A stretch of 64,000 bases of DNA from Eubacteriales bacterium (GTDB lineage Bacteria; Bacillota; Clostridia; Oscillospirales; CAG-272). A program made the translations under genes and the position numbers. The notes under the pieces were generated by a model. That model was not told where the DNA came from. It saw only the letters and a list, made by a program, of their open reading frames with translations, and made no database searches. The stretch spans positions 166 through 64,165 of the forward strand of contig JAZRAJ010000091.1 in NCBI GenBank assembly GCA_045634485.1, read 5' to 3'. Position 1 is the stretch's first letter; every line of letters starts with the position of its first letter. Shown here in pieces: positions 59,214 to 64,000 of the stretch.

Positions 59214-60581
59214 ATGCAGGTTTTATTAAGCTTGTCGATAGCGCTTCTTGCGGGACTTTTGCTATCTCGACTTGCTAAGGTTATGAAGCTTCCCGCCGTA
59301 ACGGCGTATCTCGTTGCGGGTATTTTGGTAGGACCGTTTTTGCTTGGCAGACTTACGCTCTTTGGAGTGCATTTCGGCTTCGTTGAGGCAGATCTTGACG
59401 CATTTAAGATAATTTCCGAGGTTGCACTTGGATTTATCGCATTTTCGATAGGAAATGAATTTAGACTTTCCGATTTAAAAAAGAACGGAAAGGCTGCAAC
59501 CGTTATAGGAATTTTTCAAGCCGTGGTTGCAACGCTTCTCGTTGATGCCGTACTTATCGTTATAGCGCTTACAACGAATATAATAAGCATCGAGGCGGCA
59601 ATAGTTCTTGGCGCAATAGCGTCGGCAACCGCGCCTGCGGCAACGCTTATGGTTGTTAAGCAATATAAGGCAAAGGGACCGCTTACCGATATTTTGCTCC
59701 CCATAGTTGCAATTGACGATGCGGTTGGACTCGTGCTGTTTGCTATCTCCTTTGGCGTTGCAAAGGCAATAGGCTCGGGCGAGATAAGCCTTATCTCAAT
59801 TTTGTTAGAGCCGATAATAGAGGTTGTGCTTTCACTTCTTCTCGGTGCTATTATGGGACTTTTGTTCCATCTTTGCGAAAGATTTTTCCATTCGAGATCA
59901 AAGCGACTTGCCGTTTCGGTTACCTTTGTGCTTCTCACGGTTTCGCTCTCTATGATTAAGCTTAACGTAGGCCCCGTGCATATCGGATTTTCCTCGTTGC
60001 TTGTTTGTATGATGCTCGGAACGGTGTTCTGCAATATATGCGACTTCTCGGTTGAGCTTATGGATAGAGTGGACCGTTGGACGGCACCTCTCTTCGTGCT
60101 TTTCTTCGTAATAAGCGGAGCAGAGCTTGACCTTAGCGTGTTCATGAATATAGGCATAGTTCTTGTCGGCGTTGCTTACATTGTGGCTCGCTCGGCGGGT
60201 AAGTACCTTGGGGCATTTTCAAGTGCAAAGGCTATGAAGTGTGATAATCAGATAGTAAAATATCTCGGAGTTACGCTTTTGCCTCAGGCGGGCGTTGCAC
60301 TTGGTATGGCAATTAAGGCATCCGACCCCGTAAACGGACTTGGAGAAACAGGCGCTATCGTTGCTCAGATAACTCTCTTTGCGGTGCTTATTTACGAGCT
60401 TGTTGGACCGCTTCTTACAAAGATTGCGCTTACCAAGGCGGGAGAGATTGTTCCCGAGGAAAAGAAGAGCGCAAGAGAAGAGGCTTGGAATATTCTCTCG
60501 GTGCTTCATATCGACCATAGGCACGAGCGCCACGCAAGTCATATCGAGCGCCACGAGGATAAAAAAATAAATAAAAAATAA
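59214..60581 (+). CDS. cation:proton antiporter (CPA2-like) membrane protein
   Basis: GGAGG RBS before ATG 59214. About 12 TM helices. The N-terminus LPAVTAYLVAGILVGP is typical of Kef/Na-H exchanger families. Confidence 0.8.
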   Translation: MQVLLSLSIALLAGLLLSRLAKVMKLPAVTAYLVAGILVGPFLLGRLTLFGVHFGFVEADLDAFKIISEVALGFIAFSIGNEFRLSDLKKNGKAATVIGIFQAVVATLLVDAVLIVIALTTNIISIEAAIVLGAIASATAPAATLMVVKQYKAKGPLTDILLPIVAIDDAVGLVLFAISFGVAKAIGSGEISLISILLEPIIEVVLSLLLGAIMGLLFHLCERFFHSRSKRLAVSVTFVLLTVSLSMIKLNVGPVHIGFSSLLVCMMLGTVFCNICDFSVELMDRVDRWTAPLFVLFFVISGAELDLSVFMNIGIVLVGVAYIVARSAGKYLGAFSSAKAMKCDNQIVKYLGVTLLPQAGVALGMAIKASDPVNGLGETGAIVAQITLFAVLIYELVGPLLTKIALTKAGEIVPEEKKSAREEAWNILSVLHIDHRHERHASHIERHEDKKINKK

Positions 60582-60602
60582 AATAATTTACGAGGTGTAA
60601 AA

Positions 60603-61313
60603 ATGAAGGTTACTGTTTGGAATGAAAATCAGCACGAAAAAAAAGACCCCATTGTTCTTGAGTACTATCCCGGAGGTCTTCACGGCTATATTGCTAATTT
60701 TATAAAGTGCGACGATATAGAGGTTCGCACGGCTACTCTTGACGATGAGGAATGCGGTCTTACCGATGAGGTGCTTGCAGATACCGATGTTCTCGTTTGG
60801 TGGGGACACAGAGCGCACGATAAGGTTCCCGACGAGGTAGTTGACAGAGTTCAAAAATACGTTCTTTCGGGTATGGGACTCGTTGTTCTCCATTCGGGAC
60901 ATCATTCAAAGATATTCCGTAGACTTATGGGTACAACCTGCAATCTTAAGTGGAGAGATAACGCTCACGAGAGAATTTGGACGATTAAGCCTAACCACCC
61001 GATAGCCGCAGGCGTTCCCGAAACCTTCGTTCTCGATCCCGAGGAGATGTACGGCGAGTGCTTTGATATTCCCAATCCCGAGGAGGTAATCTTTATGGGT
61101 TGGTTTAATGGCGGAGAGGTATTCCGTAGCGGTTGCACGTGGACTCGCGGTCACGGTAAGATATTCTACTTCCAGCCCGGTCACGAAACCAATCGCTCAT
61201 TCCAAAACGAGAACGTTCAGTGCATTATTAAGAATGCCGTAAGATGGGCTTGCCCCGTTAACAAGAACATTCCTCTCGTTTGTCCCAACGTTCAGCCTGT
61301 TGAGAATGTATAA
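60603..61313 (+). CDS. ThuA-domain protein
   Basis: KVTVWNENQHE..., DVLVWWGHRAH, VVLHSGHHSK are typical of the ThuA-like class-I glutamine amidotransferase fold. Confidence 0.75.
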   Translation: MKVTVWNENQHEKKDPIVLEYYPGGLHGYIANFIKCDDIEVRTATLDDEECGLTDEVLADTDVLVWWGHRAHDKVPDEVVDRVQKYVLSGMGLVVLHSGHHSKIFRRLMGTTCNLKWRDNAHERIWTIKPNHPIAAGVPETFVLDPEEMYGECFDIPNPEEVIFMGWFNGGEVFRSGCTWTRGHGKIFYFQPGHETNRSFQNENVQCIIKNAVRWACPVNKNIPLVCPNVQPVENV

Positions 61314-61328
61314 TAGTTGATATTTATT

Positions 61329-61394
61329 GCGGGGAAAACTTTCTTAAAAGAAAGCTTTTCCCCGCACCCATTTCAAAGAATTTTTGAAATGGGG
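61329..61394 (+). repeat. double-hairpin REP/MITE-like element, copy 3 (left terminal inverted repeat)
   Basis: GCGGGGAAAACTTTCTTAAAAGAAAGCTTTTCCCCGC plus CCCATTTCAAAGAATTTTTGAAATGGGG. Confidence 0.8.
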
Positions 61395-61615
61395 TTTTAT
61401 TTTTTATCAAAATTTGTGCGCTCGCCGATTGATAGTGATGTGTACGCACTGCACCCAAGTGGTAAGTTTTTAGTCAAGTTTTTTTCAAAAAAACTTGCGA
61501 GGGTATTAGGCGAGTAGCCCCTACCTCTTTCAAAGAATGTGTAAAAGAGGGATAATTTTTATCGTAATTTGTGCGTTAAACGGTCAAGACACAAATTAAT
61601 GGCAAAAAAATAATG

Positions 61616-61689
61616 CCCCTTTCAGCAAAGTTCTTGAAAAGAGGGGGCGTGGGGGAGGAAAAGCTTCTTTTAAGAAGTTTTCCTCCGCC
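61616..61689 (-). repeat. double-hairpin REP/MITE-like element, copy 4 (right terminal inverted repeat)
   Basis: CCCCTTTCAGCAAAGTTCTTGAAAAGAGGGG plus GGGGGAGGAAAAGCTTCTTTTAAGAAGTTTTCCTCCGCC. This is the reverse-orientation version of 61329-61394. Confidence 0.8.
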
Positions 61690-61708
61690 ATATATAGTAT
61701 AAAATAAT

Positions 61709-63175
61709 TCAATTCAATTCAACGAGATATTCCTCAAGAGTGATAGAATCCTCGTAGATTATCGTTGCGGCATATACGCCAACAAAGCGATAATGCCAAG
61801 GCTCGTAGCTATATTTGGTAACGTCGGTTTTATCCTTGGGATAGCGAAGGATAAAGCCATATTTGTGAGCGTTTTGCGATAGCCAAGCAAATGCCTCGGT
61901 TTCCTCAAAGGTTTCGTCAAGCTCACGGTTTAATCCACGCTTTTCAACAAGGTCAACGCAAAGACCGGTGTGATGCTCGCTCGTGCCTGCGGGGGCAGAG
62001 GTAAGCAAAACCTGCTCGCGAGCCTCCTCCTCGGAAACGTCATGCTTTCCCATATAGTCGTCAACGTAATCCTCAAGGAGTCCTGCTTGATATGAAAAGG
62101 AACGGTATGCACTCGAAACGAGAATTTTGTCATCGCCCTCAAGAGTCTTATTAGCCTCATTTACCATAGCAATAAGAGCGAGTGCGGCGATAGGGTCAAA
62201 AAAATCCCTGTTATTGGCGGTTTCAAGTGATGAGAAGATGGGAAGTCCTAATTCCGTAAGGGAAATCAAGCCCTCGGTTGTAACCTCATCCTCTGTTAAG
62301 GGATGCGATTTGTTAACGAGCGTAAGCTTTTCAACGCAAAGCGCCGCGGCTGTTTTTGCATCTATATCGGGCGTTGGATAGCTTGAAAGCTGAATATCGC
62401 TTGCATAGTCAAAGCATTCCGAGGCAAAGGATATAGGGGGATTCGTGCCGTTACTGTAGGATATACGGTGTATCGTTACCTTGTTTTTGGAGTTTACCTT
62501 AACAAGCATACCAACCGAGGTTCCGTCTGCCTTGTGCGAGAAAAGCTTTTCAATAAAGCTAAAGGGAACGAGGCATTTGCCGTCCTCCTTTTCGGTTGCA
62601 TCGGTAATTTGCACCTTGCCGCCAACCTTTACGGCATCTCCGTTTACCGTTGCGGTTGAGGAATCGTCGGTAAGTCTAACGTACGTGCCGTCGGTGCAGG
62701 TAAGCTTAATTCTACCGTTGCTTCCGCTAACGGTAATTTCATCGTTTGCGTATTTTGCTATTATGCGAAGGTCGAAGTAGAACTGACCAAGCTTGTTAGC
62801 CTCCTTGTATTTTAACTCGTAAGGCTCCTCGTCGCCAATGCATACCTCATAATTTGCCTTGGAGGGTCCGCTTTGCGCCTTTAATATAAGAACCACCGCT
62901 ACCGCCGCAATCATTGCTAAGAGCAAAATAATTACGAAGGAAACGAAGATAACCTTAAGCTTATTCTTTTTTGCGTAGCGCTTTGCCTCTGCCATATCCG
63001 ACTTATCGTAGGGGTCAAGCTTGCTTCTGTCAATGCCCTTACGCTTAGTGTTTTTAATCATCTTAAGCTCTGCCTTGCTAAGAGGCTTTTGAGAGTCTAT
63101 GGGAGCATCGGGCGACTTTAGGTCGGTTTTTTCAAAATCGTCCTGAAAATTTATTTTTTTATTCTTTTTCTTCAT
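61709..63175 (-). CDS. membrane-anchored D-alanyl-D-alanine carboxypeptidase (VanY/M15B family)
   Basis: N-terminal TM helix. SAYRSFSYQ, SEHHTGLCVD and YEPWHYRFVG zinc-site motifs. Confidence 0.85.
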   Translation of the reverse strand: MKKKNKKINFQDDFEKTDLKSPDAPIDSQKPLSKAELKMIKNTKRKGIDRSKLDPYDKSDMAEAKRYAKKNKLKVIFVSFVIILLLAMIAAVAVVLILKAQSGPSKANYEVCIGDEEPYELKYKEANKLGQFYFDLRIIAKYANDEITVSGSNGRIKLTCTDGTYVRLTDDSSTATVNGDAVKVGGKVQITDATEKEDGKCLVPFSFIEKLFSHKADGTSVGMLVKVNSKNKVTIHRISYSNGTNPPISFASECFDYASDIQLSSYPTPDIDAKTAAALCVEKLTLVNKSHPLTEDEVTTEGLISLTELGLPIFSSLETANNRDFFDPIAALALIAMVNEANKTLEGDDKILVSSAYRSFSYQAGLLEDYVDDYMGKHDVSEEEAREQVLLTSAPAGTSEHHTGLCVDLVEKRGLNRELDETFEETEAFAWLSQNAHKYGFILRYPKDKTDVTKYSYEPWHYRFVGVYAATIIYEDSITLEEYLVELN

Positions 63176-63200
63176 ATGTTATATTTTCCTCTTTATTGCA

Positions 63201-63761
63201 TTACGGCTTATTTTCTATAATGATGAAAAACGGCGACGTAGGGGAATTGAGAATATTTATTCTCGTAGCGCAGACCTTGTAGCGTGAAAGCGATGAGAGG
63301 TAGTCGCAGATAAGCTTGCCTTCCTCCTCGCCCTCCTTATGTCCGGGGTAAACGGCAATAAGGATTATAGCATCTCTATCCATAAGCTCGATAGCCGCCT
63401 CAATAGCAGGTAGCGTTGTTGAGCGCATGGTGGTAACCTTTTTGTCGCTTCCGGGAAGATATCCGAGGTTAAACATACCCGCCTTTATCGGCACGTCAAC
63501 GTATTTTTTAACGTTGTGGTGCGAGTCGAGAATAAGCGTGTAGTTGTTGGGGCAGTTTGCGTTTTTGAGGTTTTCGGAGGTTGAGGCAAGAGCCATCTCC
63601 TGAACGTCAAAGGCGTAAACGTGGCCAAATTCGCCAACGGTTTTGGAGAGAAATTCGGTGTCGTGACCGTTGCCCATTGTAAAGTCAACGGCAACGCCGC
63701 CCTCGTGCAGGTGGTTGCAAATAAAATATTTCTGAAGCTGAAGAAGATCAAGCATTGGCAT
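63201..63761 (-). CDS. mnmM: YtqB/MnmM-like class I SAM-dependent methyltransferase
   Basis: VAVDFTMGNGHDT motif and a length of 186 aa are typical of the putative rRNA_methylase / tRNA mnm5s2U methyltransferase family. Confidence 0.7.
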   Translation of the reverse strand: MPMLDLLQLQKYFICNHLHEGGVAVDFTMGNGHDTEFLSKTVGEFGHVYAFDVQEMALASTSENLKNANCPNNYTLILDSHHNVKKYVDVPIKAGMFNLGYLPGSDKKVTTMRSTTLPAIEAAIELMDRDAIILIAVYPGHKEGEEEGKLICDYLSSLSRYKVCATRINILNSPTSPFFIIIENKP

Positions 63762-63769
63762 TGCGGTTT

Positions 63770-64000
63770 TTATCCTTTTTTAATTGTATTTGGGGGATTG
63801 TGCAGGTCGGAACGCAGGAATTTTACGGCGCGTTCCACGGCGTCTTTGGAGTTGTACCAGGGCTCCTCGTCGTAGCGGTAGTCAAACTTTTTGCAGAACC
63901 AGCTGACGTCCTCGCGAAGCGTGTCAAAGTATGGCTCGACGACGCCGGCTGCTGCCTTGGAGAACTCGGCGTATTTCTTGCGTGCAAGCTTTGCTTTGGC
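63770..64000 (-). CDS. C-terminal 76 aa of an unidentified protein (5' end outside window)
   Basis: The minus-strand frame is open from base 64000 to TAA at 63770-63772 (...SWFCKKFDYRYDEEPWYNSKDAVERAVKFLRSDLHNPPNTIKKG). Not in the ORF track because no start codon is present. Confidence 0.55.
   Translation of the reverse strand, partial: AKAKLARKKYAEFSKAAAGVVEPYFDTLREDVSWFCKKFDYRYDEEPWYNSKDAVERAVKFLRSDLHNPPNTIKKG

Noticed and set aside
61317-61517. 66-aa ORF after thuA (and 37375-37597 and 28240-28491 in the other repeat loci)
   Set aside because: They are translations of the double-hairpin REP/MITE-like repeats and have no RBS.

Overview
This 64-kb window comes from a Firmicutes/Clostridia-type chromosome, judged from GGAGG ribosome-binding sites, TTGACA/TATAAT promoters, the ylmE-sepF-yggT-ylmH-lspA-rluD block, pfs-luxS and an L-box. 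It has two very different parts.

(1) Bases 1-23952 are visibly AT-richer accessory DNA. They hold three tandem, related integrative islands. Each island carries a highly similar Tn916-like tyrosine integrase (1-810 partial, 12957-14177, 22471-23691). The islands are inserted into the 3' half of tRNA-Trp(CCA) (23953-24028, minus strand) and are separated by perfect 45-bp copies of the tRNA 3' end (1846-1890, 16784-16828). They share a conserved non-coding backbone, with variable cargo in slots bracketed by ~30-bp direct repeats.
- Middle island cargo: an HTH-WYL-WCX regulator, then a tightly coupled operon (3466-11641). The operon encodes three paralogous dynamin-like GTPases, an acidic coiled-coil protein, two helical proteins and two Cys-rich mini-proteins. 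This is the best candidate for an undescribed defence or membrane-remodelling system.
- tRNA-proximal island cargo: AbiEi/AbiEii plus a 1077-aa HelD-like UvrD-family helicase with a C-terminal coiled coil and zinc ribbon.
- Other unusual island features: phased GTGAAAT/ATTTCAC heptamer arrays with palindromic spacers that covary between copies, a terminator/antiterminator leader before the WYL gene, a consensus-promoter small transcription unit, and an RBS-sequestering hairpin.

(2) Bases 24029-64000 are ordinary core genes: metF/metH, GH20, a C1 peptidase, mgtE, metG, tatD, mscL, an ABC-F ATPase, pfs-luxS, AIM24, dapBA with a lysine riboswitch, queA, miaA, the division-cluster tail, a HAD hydrolase, an LRR lipoprotein, an EF-G paralogue, a CPA2 antiporter, ThuA, VanY and mnmM. 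Interspersed with them are a double-hairpin REP/MITE-like repeat family and a small LexA-like/sigma-like regulatory module.

No CRISPR array, rRNA gene or transposase was seen. All functional calls come from reading motifs by eye; no database search was run.
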